Positions 13,180-26,383 are shown, counted from the first letter of the stretch. The stretch is DNA of 64,000 bases from Octopus sinensis (GCF_006345805.1 NC_042997.1:180668001-180732000), one strand, 5' to 3'. Notes: generated from the sequence alone by a model not told the origin. Made by a program: numbers and translations.

Positions 13180-14330
13180 CACCAAATCTCCACCCTCTGG
13201 TTACATGGTCTCTTCAATTTGCAAACCAGGATGCTAGTACAAGAGAAATTAGAATAGAAAGCGACAATGTGAATACAAATACTGGAAGGATGTATATCAC
13301 CAGAAAAAGCAAAGAAAAGAACAAAATAGGGTTATGTTCCCTTTGGCCGTAAAGGCATGTTTAAACTAGTTGTTTAATGCTTCAACAGCGAGGGGTTCAG
13401 ATTGTGGGAGAAAATAGCTCAATCCGGAGTGGGTGGTGCCCTCCAGTTGACGAAAAGCGATTTGACCATATGTTTGCATCTGCTGAAAATTTCGGATCTG
13501 GAATTCAGTAGCGCGGTGGAATACTTAGATCTAAAATGTATTATGCGATATTACAGCCTTGCATAAGTTGCATTTCTCGGATCCATTAACATATAACATA
13601 GATTTATCTACTATCCTATATTTGGTTGTATGTGGTAAGCAGTTGGTCTTTAAACTCCATTCGTGAGCAGCCAAATTATTGGATTTACTTTTGTTGATGT
13701 CTCAGAAGCAAAATGGGTCGCCTGCATAAATTCCTTTGAATCACTTTAGCGTTTACAAAAACGCCTGCTCGAGTGGGCAAACTTCAGGATCATGACCGAT
13801 GATGTTCTAGTTATTATTATCACTATTGCAGCAGTTTTCATGAGTATTATTTGTGTCTATTTTTACAAGGCTGAGTTGCTCTCTGTTTAATGCAACGATT
13901 TGGGAGTTACGTTTCGGTGTGGTGGGATAATACGGTTTGATAGTGGTTCGAGTTAAAATGGAAACGATGAAATGGAAAACGATATTTATGTTGCTGCGGG
14001 GAATTTAATCTGAGAATGTTAAGAAGAGTTTGGGGTGAGACTTAACTCGTAAAAAGAACGAATGGGCGAAACATAGGATCTCGCATTTCCTATTTGGTGG
14101 TCGGGAATTCTCGTGGGAAGACTGTGTCTTGTATCAAATAATTTTATTATGATTTTGAGCCACCCAATAATTAACTCTTCTGTATAATGTATCTTTCCTT
14201 CTAACTATAATCTTAACGCAATTTTAAAAACCAGTCTAGCTTTCCGAAACATTTGAAAACTCTGCTTTGCTCATGTTGCATTTATGTGCAATTTTTCATA
14301 TAAATTCTATGACTTATAACTGCTATAGAC
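13180..14330 (-). mobile_element. Old Penelope-like element 3' remnant
   Basis: Minus frames give 'FPQQHKYR', 'SNNLAAHEWSLK', 'EKCNLC' and 'LLNSRSEIFSRCKH', the C-terminal pattern of PLE endonuclease domains; heavily decayed. Confidence 0.65.
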
Positions 14331-14634
14331 TATTCGTGATTTTTCGTTGATAGGCTCTCATTTCGAATGTTCTTTTAGACGAGTATTCTACCAATTAACT
14401 ACCTCATGCTGATAGAGAATATCTCTCTGAATGGTACTTCGTCATATTCCTATCTCACGCTTGTACAAGCACCTTATCACCCATTATACACACACACAGA
14501 CACAGATACATACATACACCCCACCCCATATATATGGTTGTCTATACAGATTGACAAATATATATATATATACATATATATATACATAGATACATATGTA
14601 TACATGTATATACTCATATATACATATATATACT

Positions 14635-14665
<31 letters not shown>

Positions 14666-14842
14666 CTAGTATTTAGGATTTCGTCTGTTTTCATTTAATT
14701 CCGTATACAGATGTTTTAAATACATTATCTCTATAGTTATAAACGGAACTATTGATCCATCTGTGCACTGCACAGTAACACATTTCCCAGTTGTATTTAA
14801 TGAATATCTTCTCTCATAAATTCATTTCAGTGCTTTAGGTTG

Positions 14843-14901
<59 letters not shown>

Positions 14902-15879
14902 AAGTATGTATGTATGTGTGCATGTATGTATATTTGTATGTATGAATGTATAATCAGAAAATGGAGAAAACCTCAGAAGCACATCAATTGGACCACATTT
15001 ATAGCTTATTTAATACAGAACATGTTATAACATTTACGTAACATAACAAATCTTACGGCCGTTTCCGCATCCGAGGCCAATCAATGTTCTACAAATAACT
15101 GCGAAAATAAAATTTTTCATCTTCATAGGACACTGGAACCAGGGCATGGAGCATCATCAGCGTAAAACACTTTGGGCACCTAGACTTCTTTTCTAGGCCA
15201 TGTTTTCTTTCCTATTTCTTCTTCGTTTTGTTTATTTTGGATGCTTTTACTCTCATGAAGCTACGTGCCCCGGTTCGAATGTCCTATGAAGATGAGCATA
15301 GTGTGCTCTGCATAAACATATCCAGAGAAAACCCGGGTAATGGATGCCGATAATATATACGGATATTTTATCTCTTGTACAACATCATTGTGGCTTATTT
15401 ACCCTAAGCGAATGTTTCTCATAGCTAATAAACAAAAATGATTTTCTCATATCTCTTACTCAACGGCCGCTCCATAATGCACATATGTGTGTATATGTAT
15501 GTGTGTTTTTTGTGTGTGTGTGCGTGTGTGTATGCGTGTATGTGTGCGTAGAATATTGAAAAGGAACACACGAGTTGATATGTATAAGGTAAAAAAGGGG
15601 AGGTAGTAAATGCTAAAATAATTTTATCATGGACATTTTACTACCGGTTGCAACTTTTCCAACTTAGGGTATGAAAAACTATCAAATTGTGGAAAAATTT
15701 AATGAAATGCTTTTTAAAAGATATATATTTCAATAGTTTTCAAATGCAAAGGAGATTTTCCTTTTTTCTGCCTGTCTGTCTCTCTTGTGGGTTCTAGGTA
15801 GTTAGCAGCAGCCATTTTGATATGAATTCTTGTTTTTGATTGCCTAAGCAGCAGTAGTAGTAGAGAAAGGGGGCGGCGG

Positions 15880-16001
15880 AGAAGAAGAAGGAGAAGAAGA
15901 AGAAGAAAGAAGAAGAGAAGAAGAAGAAGAAGAAGAAGAAGAAGAAGAAGAAGAAGAAGAAGAAGAAGAAGAAGAAGAAGAAGAAGAAGAAGAAGAAGAA
16001 G

Positions 16002-16031
<30 letters not shown>
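15880..16031 (+). repeat. (GAA)n array
   Basis: About 150 bp of near-perfect GAA; a complementary (TTC)n tract lies at about 16217-16285. Confidence 0.97.
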
Positions 16032-16032
<1 letters not shown>

Positions 16033-16364
16033 CTGTTACCAGAGCCTTAGAATAACACCCACGCAAGTATTAACGATATATTCAAAACTGTCATCTCAAG
16101 AATTTATTCAGAACAATTTCAATCATTACTACCATCCACAACGAATCACTTTTAGTTCACTTCATCATTTACGTGGGTTCCAACAGCATCCTGTTACTGT
16201 GATATCACTTCCGCATTCTTCTTCTTCTTCTTCTTCTTCTTCTTCTTCTTCTTCTTCTTCTTCTTCTTCTTCTTCTTCTTCTTCTCCACCGCATCCTCTT
16301 TCTACAACTACTACTGCTGCTTAAACAATCAAAGACACGAATTCATATCAAACTAGCTGCTGCT

Positions 16365-16674
16365 AACTGTGGCTGTGTGGTAAGAAGCTTGCTTCCCAAC
16401 CACATTTTTCCGGGTTCAATCCCACTGCGTGACACCTTAGGCAAGGGACTTCTAGGTGGCGAGCTGGCAGAAACGTTAGCACGCCGGGCGAAATGCGTAG
16501 CCGCATTTCGTCTGCCGTTACGTTGTGAGCTCAAGTTCCGCCGAGGTCGACTTTGCCTTTCATCCTTTCGGGGTCGATAAATTAAGTACCAGTTACACAC
16601 TGGGGTCGATGTAATCGACTTAATCCCTTGTCTGTCCCCTCTATGTTTAGCCCCTTGTGGGCAATAAAGAAATA
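16365..16674 (+). mobile_element. Composite of a family A SINE head and a full family B SINE
   Basis: gtggctgtgtggtaagaagcttgcttccc...gggacttcta is joined directly to ggtggcgagctggcagaaacgttagc...gggcaataaagaaata. Confidence 0.8.
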
Positions 16675-16784
16675 TACCTAGAACCCACAAGAGAGACACA
16701 GACAGACAGAAAAGGAAAACTATGGAAATATATTTCGTTTTTGGATTTGGTTTACAACTTTCTTTATGTGAGTTCGTTTGTTGA

Positions 16785-17080
16785 AGCATATTCTGTTGTG
16801 TCTGGGGAGGGTCATTTTCTTTTTGTACCTTATAATTTAACACACGCACCGGTAAACTTTCCACTTATTTCTTATTTTTATTTTCCTAAAATTTTCGTTG
16901 CATCTTACCACTTTTTCACACTTGAATCTTGGAATAGTCAAGGCTATTGAAAATGTTGCAAGACGCAACGAACATTTTAGGAAAATAAAAATGAGAAAGA
17001 AGGGGAAATTTTACCGGTGAGTGTGTTAAATTATAAGGCATAAAAAGAAAATAACCCTCCCCAAACACAACAGAATATAC
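16785..17080. mobile_element. Short MITE-like inverted-repeat element
   Basis: catattctgttgtgtctggggagggtcattttc...accggtaaactttcc pairs with ggaaattttaccggt...aaataaccctccccaaacacaacagaatata (arms about 125 bp). Confidence 0.7.
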
Positions 17081-17492
17081 TCTCCCTTTACTCTTGTACT
17101 TGTTTCAGTCATTTGACAACGGCCATGCTAGAGCACCGCCTTTTAATCGAGCAAATCGACCCCAGGACTTATTTTTTAAAGCCTAGTACATATACTATAG
17201 GTCTCTTTTGCCGAACCACTAAGTTACGGAGGACTTAAACACACCAACATCGGTTGTCAAGCGATGTTGGGGGGACAAACACAGACGCACAAACATATAC
17301 ACACACATACATATACATATATACATATATACGACGGGCTTCTTTCAGTTTCCGTCTACCAAATCCACTCACAAGCTTTTGGTCGACCCGAAGCTACAGT
17401 AGAAGACACTTGCCAAGGTTCCGCGCTGTGGGACTGAACCCGAAACCATGTGCTTGGTAAGCAAGTTACTTACCACACAGCCACTCCTGCAC
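17081..17492 (-). mobile_element. SINE family A, full length
   Basis: Minus head ggtgcaggagtggctgtgtggtaagtaacttgc, internal (ATAC/AC) tract, tail aaatgactgaaacaagtacaagagtaaa. Confidence 0.88.
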
Positions 17493-18841
17493 CTATGGAA
17501 ATATATTTTTTTAAATACATTTCATTTAATTTTTTCACAATTTAATTGTTTTTCATACTTAACTCTAAGTCGAAAAAGTCGCAATGACTGGAACCGGTAA
17601 TAAAATGTTCTTCATGGTAAAATGATTTTAGCATTTTCTACCTTATATTATTTTCCTTATATATATGTGTTTGTGTGTTATATATATGTATGTAAGGAGT
17701 AGATCTCTCTGAATAGTACTTCGTGATATGCCTATGTTATAAATCAATGTATTTTATTTTTATTGAGGTTTTGTTTCATAGTTATATAGTTGCTCATGTT
17801 GCTGTGTTTCCGACGATTTTTATTCCTTGCCTCAGAACAGCTTGACTATATTAGAAATATTTTATATTTGATTGCCTTTGTTTGAAACCTCTAATTTCTG
17901 TTGATTATTTTCCTGCAGAATGAACGACTACAACGCGTTAATATTTTTTTTTTGTTTTACGCCGAATCCCATTTGCGAATTAATCCAGAAACGGTAGTTG
18001 TTATCGAATTGCCATGTAAATTAAATGAAATATTCAAATTTCACATAAAAAACTATTTGGACAATTCCGACTGGAACATTAAGAACACTGAAATAAATAA
18101 GCTGTGGCTATAATAATCTGAAATGATCTAGAGAAACTAAAGATAATTAAAAGTGATACTAAACAAGTGGTGGGGAAAAAGATCCGGAAATTTATTGCCT
18201 GTATGATAACAGCTATCAGAAGGAATTGATTAATCTCTGCCCATACGATCAGTTAATGCACACAACCGTGCTATGAACAAAATGCTTCAAATTTAAACTT
18301 AAAATGAATTAACCATGGTTATCAAATGTATTTAGCACTACACTAATACGTTGAGAGCTTGAATCTCTTGCCTTACATTTCTTCCATTATGCACCATATC
18401 TCCGATGGGAGAGTGACATACATAGTAATTTATGGGGTTATATCCCTCAGGTATCGAAGTTAATTAACATTATGACATTACCCGGAACATATATCTCTTA
18501 TTGTTGCATAAACGTATTATATTCAGATGTGTTTATAGTAAAGATTGATTTAACTCATATTCTAACTACTGTGTTACTATGCTTTCCTGTTCGAGGGTAA
18601 AGCTACTTTCAAGCTTTCTGCACGCGACATAAATTACATATAAGTCTGTATTATTGCCAGCTCCCTGCATGGACGAAGGAACTGCTTATAGTATCATTCT
18701 TTTCTCTCTCAATTATTCGATGTTGTCAAGTACCATTCTATCACCAACTTCTCTAGGGAAATTCAAATGACCCTCAGAATTGATTTTTCTGTTGGCGTTA
18801 TGTCAAATTTAAATTCTAGTGTCTGCTTGGCACTCTTTCAG

Positions 18842-18940
18842 ACGTATTCACTGATGTATATTTGCATGTTCAGGAAGTGGGGAAGAAATCACCAGTTAGA
18901 AAGGCATTGTTTGACAGTTTGATGCAAATCACTAATAATA
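18842..18940 (+). other. Candidate 99-nt phase 1-1 exon (xVFTDVYLHVQEVGKKSPVRKALFDSLMQITNN)
   Basis: ctctttcag acceptor, A|gtatga donor, length a multiple of 3, one open frame, non-repetitive context. Confidence 0.3.
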
Positions 18941-19317
18941 GTATGAATGTCGTCTATTAAGTAGTAGAAATTATCATAATATCTGGGAGCATGAAAATTC
19001 GGATTGATGTTAGGGATATCATGTAATGAAGAAACAATCTAATATGTATGCTGTGAGGAGATAAGTTTAAACATTGATATTAACTTAATCTAATTAGATG
19101 CAAACTACGGAAAGTAGATAAATTCCATTAATCCACTAATATAAATTCCATTAATCATTATGATAATTTTTGACGCTTACTCGTGTACAGTTTCTAAATA
19201 TATATATAGCTATGGACTCAGTAATTTTGCAAGTATGGAGAAGGCTACATTTAAATGAAGAAGTCTAATAAAAAGAAATCATGCTCGGATTTTGTTCTTT
19301 CCTATTTGATTAAATTA

Positions 19318-20202
19318 CGTGGTATCAAAAGGTTTCCGGTCTAGATATGCTTAATAAAAAAAATAACTTATTTAGCTACGATTTAACATAATCTCCCTTG
19401 AAATAGTCACTTTGCACAGCAATACACTGGTCCCAACGTTCTTGTCACTTTTGGAATCCGGCCTGGAAGTCGTTTCCTGTAAGCGAGTCGAGGACCCTCT
19501 GCTACCCGCTCTGGATCTCGACAACAGTGTTAAAAAGGTGACCTATGAGCTGCATTTTCAATTTGGAGAAGCGATTGAAGTCTCTGGCGAATAGGGCGTG
19601 TGTCGAAGCGATACCACGTTGTTTTGGGCAAGAAACTAACGAGGATGCAATGTCGTTGTGAAGAATCCAATTCTTCGCGCTCCACAAATCCGGTCGCATT
19701 CGCCAAATGTCCTTCCTCGAATGCTTCAAAACGTTGCAGTATAACTCTCGACTGATAGTATGGTCCTGGAGAACAAATTCTTGATGCACAATACATTTCC
19801 GGGTGTGACGCTCGTGGGAGGTCTTCCAGATCGGTCAACTTCTTCCAAGGATTTTTCTTCTGCTTTTGTATCGCCCATGTCACTCGACGTATTGCGTACT
19901 ACCCATTGCCTAGTACTTGTGAGCTTGCCGAAGCATGCTCAATGTCTCAGTTGTAGACTTCCAAAGTTTAACGTAAAATTTCACATTGGCTCTTTGATCC
20001 TGTCCATGAAAAAATCGCAGACTACAACATACACGTGATCAAAAAACACACAAATTTCATATCTTGCGAAGGAAACACAACGATGTCACTCGATACACTG
20101 ACTCACAAAGGTCAGTGCTAGCCCTCAATGCACACACGACAGTGTGCTGCCATCTGTTGGCACGCTACAGAACTAGTCCGGAAACTGCTTGATACCACCC
20201 CG
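19318..20202 (-). mobile_element. Deleted mariner (irritans-like) transposon
   Basis: TIRs (ta)cgtggtatcaaaaggtttccggtctag / ctagtccggaaactgcttgataccaccccg(ta); minus frames give 'YCNVLKHSRKDIWRMRPDLW..KNWILH' and 'FSKLKMQLIGHLF'. Confidence 0.8.
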
Positions 20203-20397
20203 TAAATATTAGTCTCAGCTATTGTTCTTCCGTCCTGATGAGAAATGTTAAATAATTGCATTTTTATCTCCTCATTATTGTAAAAAAAAATATCGGCTCT
20301 GATTTTATGTGGATAAAAATTCCTATATGTAATTTTGTAATCAAATAGTGAAATACTCTTCAATAATGATGCGCTACAATTTTATTATTATTTAAAC

Positions 20398-20610
20398 GAG
20401 GCGAGCTGGCAAGACTATTACTGCCCCGGAGCAAATGCTTGGCCTCATTTCTGTCGACTATATGTTCTGAGTTGAAACTCCCCCAGGGTCGACTCTGCCT
20501 TTCATCATTTCTGGGTCGATAAAATAATTACCAGTTGGACAATGGAGTCGATATAAACGACTTTCTCCCTCCCCACGAAATTGCTGGCCTTGTGCCAAAA
20601 TTTTAAATCA
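20398..20610 (+). mobile_element. Diverged family B-related SINE
   Basis: Head gaggcgagctggcaag and core gtcgactctgcctttcatcatttctgggtcgataaaataattaccag, with a different tail. Confidence 0.7.
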
Positions 20611-20877
20611 TTATTGATGGTTATCTAATTAATAATGAATTCGTAATAATGAGTTGATAAGCAAATCAATTCTGGTGTCTATTGAACAACAATGAAATTG
20701 ACAGTTGCTTACAGCTTAGGTCATTGTCCTAGCTTTAAAAAAGTTTCTTCCACAAACTGCAAAGGACTCCCATAAGTCCGACTTTGGCTACGGAAAGTTG
20801 ACAATATTTACTTTTCACAACGACAACTATGGATAAAATGTTTAATAACCGCAAACAAGTTGGGAGACTAGTCAGCA

Positions 20878-21042
20878 TGTAGGCGCAGGAGTGTCTGTGT
20901 GGTAAGTAGCTTGCTTACCAACCAAATGGTTCCGGGTTCATTCCCACTGCGTGGCAACTTGGGCAAATGTCTTCTACTATAGCCTCGGGACGACCAAAGC
21001 TTGTGAGTGGATTTCGTAGATGGAAACTGAAAGAAGCCCGTC

Positions 21043-21113
<71 letters not shown>

Positions 21114-21345
21114 GTGTGTGTGTGTGTGCGTGTGTGTGTGTGTGTGTCTGTGTCTGTCCACCCAACATCACGTGACAACCGATGATGGTGTGTTTACGTC
21201 CCCGTAACTTAGCGGTTCGGCAAAAGAAACCGATAGAATAAGTACTGAACTTACAAAGAATATGTCCTGGTGTCGATTTGCTCGATTAAAGGCGGTGCTC
21301 CAGCATAGCCACAGTCAAATGCCAGAAACAAGTAAAAGAGTAAAA
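20878..21345 (+). mobile_element. SINE family A with internal (TA)n(TG)n
   Basis: Head aggcgcaggagtgtctgtgtggtaag; tail ggcggtgctccagcatagccacagtcaaatgccagaaacaagtaaaagagtaaaag. Confidence 0.88.
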
Positions 21346-21566
21346 GCGTAAATAGTATAGCAGAAAGCTCGACTGAAAGAAAAGTTCTCTACTCATTTTA
21401 CATATGACACAAATTCATTGGTTTCCTCTTCACTGAGTTGGCGTTGCAAAATCAATTAGCACTGCAAATAGGATTCAACGTATCCCTAATGAAAAGTATA
21501 TTTCGGCAAATGAATACTGTGCAGTATGTTCACGTGGAGTTTAACTGAGTGATGGAGTGAAAAAGT

Positions 21567-21965
21567 AGCTGGCAGAAACGTTAGCACGCAGGGCGAAGTG
21601 CTTAGCGGTATTTCGTCTGCCGTTACGTTCTGAGTTCAAATTCCGCCGAGGTCGACTGTGCTTTCATCCTTTCGGGGTCGATTAAATAAGTACCAGTCAC
21701 GCACTGGGGCCGATATAATCGACTTAATCCGTTTGTCTGTCCTTGTTTGTCATCTCTGTGTTTAGCCCGTTGTGAGTAGTAAAGAAATAGGTATTTCGTC
21801 TGCCAAAACGCTATGAATTCAAATTCCGCCGAGGTCAACTTTGCCTTTCATCCTTTTCGGGGTCGATGAATTAAGTACTAGTTACGCACTGGGGTCGATA
21901 TAATCGACTTAATCCCAGTGTTTGTCCCCTCTGTGTTTAGCTCCTTGCGGGCAATAATGAAATAA
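21567..21965 (+). mobile_element. Two tandem family B SINEs (second 5'-truncated)
   Basis: Full copy 21567-21790, then a restart at ggtatttcgtctgcc through gggcaataatgaaata. Confidence 0.85.
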
Positions 21966-23142
21966 GAAGCTTCTTTGTGACTGCGGAAAAAATAAATTCA
22001 GCCGTGGTCATCAACAAAACAGTAATTCATTGTGGAGGCGCTTTTGCTGATTAATGCTGCCTAATAGCTCCGCATTGTTATGTACGCACAAATAGGTTAC
22101 AGAAAAAAAGTTAATGATATGTTTCATTATGATAATAAGAGATAGGATCTGTTCTTTTTATATCAAAATACATCTAGATGTAATCTGCATATTTCAACAC
22201 TGTAACATTCTTCATGTCGGCAGCTATGTCATTAATATGTGCAACAAACAATTGGGGTCCAAGAACGGATCCCTGTGGTACACTAGATGTCATCTCACAG
22301 AGTGAAGAATGATATCCGAAAACCGTAACTAGCTCGTTTCAACCGAGTTATAGAGATTGTCTCTCGCACCCGTTGCAGAGAGTTTTGCCATGAATCATTT
22401 GTGCGGCACAGAAGTGAAGGCTTTAGCAAAGTCACCCAGCAATTCGGTCGATGTCCTCAACAAACTCGGTGAGTTTGCTGCAGCAGCTGGACACTTTTAA
22501 ACAAAAATACTACCAACATTATATTGTAACATTTTTTCATTTCAATTCTTGCAACTTTTTATCCAGTGAGAAAAACTATGGTTATGTCACTAAGAAAATT
22601 ACTCCACTTAACCAGCAACAATGAAATACATCAGATATATTTTCAACTTCTAGTATCCGACAAAATCCATAGAGAAGGAAGAAGACGTTGAGAAAAGACG
22701 TATTTAACAGAGAAATAAGATGTCCTATCCGATAAACAACGAAACCTCCGTTGAACAATATTATGTTCGTTCCATTGTTGATTAATATGCGCCAGTAATG
22801 AGTGATTAGTGTTTATACCCCAAACCACTGACCTGAAAGTAAAAACTAACAACTAGTTTCTATTGATTTCTCATTATATTATCAGATTCGGGGTAATATC
22901 TTAATCACTTCCAGATTAATTTATAGAAATATTTCAACTATATATTTGGCATTTGTTCCTTATTAACTATATAAACACTTATCCGTATCGCATTGTAATA
23001 GTAATCAGACCAAGATCCATCCATATACGCATACGTTGGTATTGACTCATATATTTCAGAAGAAACTATCTACCTATATATCAATGTCTCAACATATATA
23101 TATACATATATATATATATATAGGGAGAATTCACAAAAAAAA

Positions 23143-23361
<219 letters not shown>

Positions 23362-23364
23362 TAA

Positions 23365-23535
23365 GTGCAGGGGATACTGTGTGGTAATATACCTGCTTCC
23401 CAACCACATGGTTCCGAATTCACTCCCACTGCGTGGCACCTTGGGCAGGTGCCTTCTACTATAGCCTTGGGCTGACCAAAGTCTTGTGAGTGGATTTGGC
23501 AGACGGAAACTGAAAAAAGCTCGTTATATACATAA

Positions 23536-23588
<53 letters not shown>

Positions 23589-23840
23589 GTTTCTGTGTGC
23601 ATGTGTGTGTTTCTTTGTGTGTGTATTTGTGTACCTGTTTTTGTCCCCCGCTGTCACTTACCAAACTATGTTGGTGCGTTTACGTCTCCGTAACTTAGTG
23701 GTTTACCAAAAGAAACCAATAATTACAACGCTTACAAAGCATAGGGCCTACGGTGGATTTGTTCAAGTAAAAAGACGGGGCTCCAGCATGACCGCAGTCA
23801 AATGACCGAAACAAGTAGAAGAGTAGAAGAAGCAATAAAA
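23365..23840 (+). mobile_element. SINE family A with internal (TG)n
   Basis: Head ...tgtgtggtaatatacctgcttcccaaccacatggttccg; tail gctccagcatgaccgcagtcaaatgaccgaaacaagtagaagag. Confidence 0.85.
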
Positions 23841-23864
23841 GAATATGTAATATATTAATGTGTG

Positions 23865-23898
<34 letters not shown>

Positions 23899-23899
23899 A

Positions 23900-24632
23900 A
23901 CTTAGATAAACTTAGATATGTTTCGACCAATGATTGGTCCAGGCCATGTCTAACTTAATAGCACCACCTGATAGGATTATTCGAATCCTGTTTAAGTCAA
24001 GTTTGTTTATGGTCCATTCAAGTAGTGAGTTTTTGTAGGGTGAGTTGTATCCAATTATGGCTGGCTTATCTGGTATTCCTTGAAGGAATCTATCCAGACT
24101 CCGTTTAAAGTTGATGGGATCCTTTTCCTCTTTGATCTCTTTCGGGACAATGTTGAATAGGGCAGGGCCTTTTGAGGAAAAGAAATTATATTGCAGTGTA
24201 CATGTATGCTGTGATCTTGAATTGGGCAGGGGACGTATGGCCCGTGGTCCCAGTCTTGGATGAACCTTGAAGCTAATGTTCAGGTTGTTTGGGCAAAGTT
24301 GGCGGTATATGCTCCACATCGTACAAATGATGTACCGCTCACGGCGACGCTGGAGAGAGTAGAGTTTCAAGGCTTTAAGGCGATCCCAATAATCGAGAGC
24401 AGCCATGCCTTCAATTCGTTTAGTGAGTGCCATCTGGGGTGATTCAATCCTCGAGATGTTTTGTCTTGCATGGGGAGACCACAGTGGGCAGCAGTATTCG
24501 AGATGTGGCCGTACAAAGGAGGAGAAAAGTTGTATGATGACACTTTGTTCTCTGGACCGGAAAGTTCTTAACATCCAGGAACTCATCCTACGAGCTATAT
24601 CGACCTTATTGCTGATGTGTGCACTCCAACTG
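23900..24632 (-). mobile_element. CR1-type LINE, 5'-truncated 3' end
   Basis: ORF 23912-24586 'FVRPHLEYCCPLWSPH...LDYWDRLKALKLYSLQRRRERY' is the CR1-type RT C-terminus; short (atctaagttt)x2 tail; the 5' end abuts (TA)n. Confidence 0.88.
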
Positions 24633-24707
<75 letters not shown>

Positions 24708-24711
<4 letters not shown>

Positions 24712-25012
24712 AAAATAGGATAAAATCCTCATAAGAAATTATCAAGTAGTTAGCGTAAAAAACCTCATAAGAGAAAAAATCTGTAAATTTTTTCACTTGA
24801 ATATATTTATTTATATTATATATAGGGCATTATTACACATAAATGCCGCACGCTAGGAGGGGCTCTTAAAGTCAAAACTACCAAAATAAACATATCGTAC
24901 CGAATGCAAGTCTCAAAGCAAGTCATCTAAAAACAGAATTTAGCTGCATATCACCAGTGATTTCGTAATTAACGCATAGGCTGCGTCCCTTATTCATCAG
25001 TACAGCGATTCA
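24708..25012 (-). mobile_element. PLE-type pLTR-like element with hammerhead
   Basis: Homologous to 51205-51445 (tagcgtaaaaacctcataagagaaaaaat...ccgaatgcaa); both ends are in TA-rich tracts. Confidence 0.7.
24943..25006 (-). ncRNA. Type I hammerhead ribozyme motif (canonical CUGAUGA core)
   Basis: GCUGUA-CUGAUGA-A-UAA..GACGCA gccua UGCGUU..UUA-C-GAAA-UCAC-UG-GUGA-U-A-UGCAGC: 6-bp stem I, extended stem II, near-palindromic stem III, cleavage triplet AUA. Confidence 0.8.
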
Positions 25013-25055
25013 AGATATATATATATATATATATATACATAATGTTTGTATGTTT

Positions 25056-25155
<100 letters not shown>

Positions 25156-25412
25156 TGTAAGTGTATGATTCAGTCTATACGACAATAGGTGAAAATGTGT
25201 ACGATTGTGAATATTTGATTGTGGGTAATCATACGGACAGTAGTGTTATATATGTAGGTACATATATCACATATATGTTCAGTAGTACTGATATATATTT
25301 ATGGTTACCTTCTTAATATGTTTGTGCATGTGTTGTATTTATGCATGTCTATGTTTTCTAACATCAACAGAAATAAACGTAGAAGCACACACACACACAC
25401 ACGTGTGTGTGT

Positions 25413-25729
25413 GAAGGTGTATGGCTCAGTGGTTAGAGCATCGAGCTTACAATCGTGGGGTTGTGAGTTCGATTCCCGGACCGGGCTGTATGCTGTGTTC
25501 TTGAGCAAGACTTTTCATTTCAAGTTGTTCCAGTTCACTCAGCTTTACAAATGAGTTACAACATCACTGGTCCCAAGCTGTATCGGCCTTTGCCTTTCCC
25601 TTGGATAACATCAGTGGTGTGGAGAGGAGAGTCTACTAGCCTTCTCAAACAATCTTGCCCTGAATTGTGCCTCGGAGGGTAATTTTCTAGGTGCAAACCC
25701 ATAGTCATTCATAACCGAAGGGGGGTCTC
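25413..25729 (+). mobile_element. tRNA-derived SINE, family C
   Basis: ggctcagtggttagagcatcgagc...gagttcgattcccggaccggg; aligns with 2818-3151. Confidence 0.88.
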
Positions 25730-26208
25730 ATGTATATATATATATATATATATATATACGAGCAAAACACCCTCCCCTCAAATGGACGGTGCTGAGTTCT
25801 CAAACATCTAAACCAAATCTTTTCGAAACAACTTGTCCGACCGTCCTATAGGCCTCCCCTTTGAGAAACAATGATTTAACGTAAATTTGAGACACCAGCA
25901 AAAGAAGAAATAAAGATAGACTTTTTTCTATTCCAAAGAAAAACGATTTCATTCACACAAACATGCAACCGAACAGTCTAAAGCACCAGTAATGATAAGG
26001 CTGTTGACTGGGAGAACACAAACATGATTTAAACAGTAAGCTTGGTAGGAAAAAAAACGTGCCTTTAAGCAGTACAAAAACAACAAAAAATGGAAGGTGC
26101 AGTTATGTACAGATTAACGGAAGAAAAGCGGAACAAAAACGGGTTTATCGATCGCATTCTCACCTGGAATCGCTTTTTATAAGTTTTTCAAGATTTATAC
26201 ATGCCCTA

Positions 26209-26313
26209 ATACCGTCAGTATCTACATATCAAATTTGAATGCAATCGGATGGAGGATGCCCGAGATCCTAGAAGACACACAGACAGACAGACAAAACGGA
26301 TTTTATATAATAG

Positions 26314-26383
<70 letters not shown>

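Larger units (their letters stand above)
15590..17665. mobile_element. Long-TIR (foldback/MITE-like) element with (GAA)n/(TTC)n arms, interrupted by insertions
   Basis: Left arm about 15590-16030 is the reverse complement of 16215-16365 + 16676-16735 + 17493-17665; a related copy lies at 55950-56535. Confidence 0.7.
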
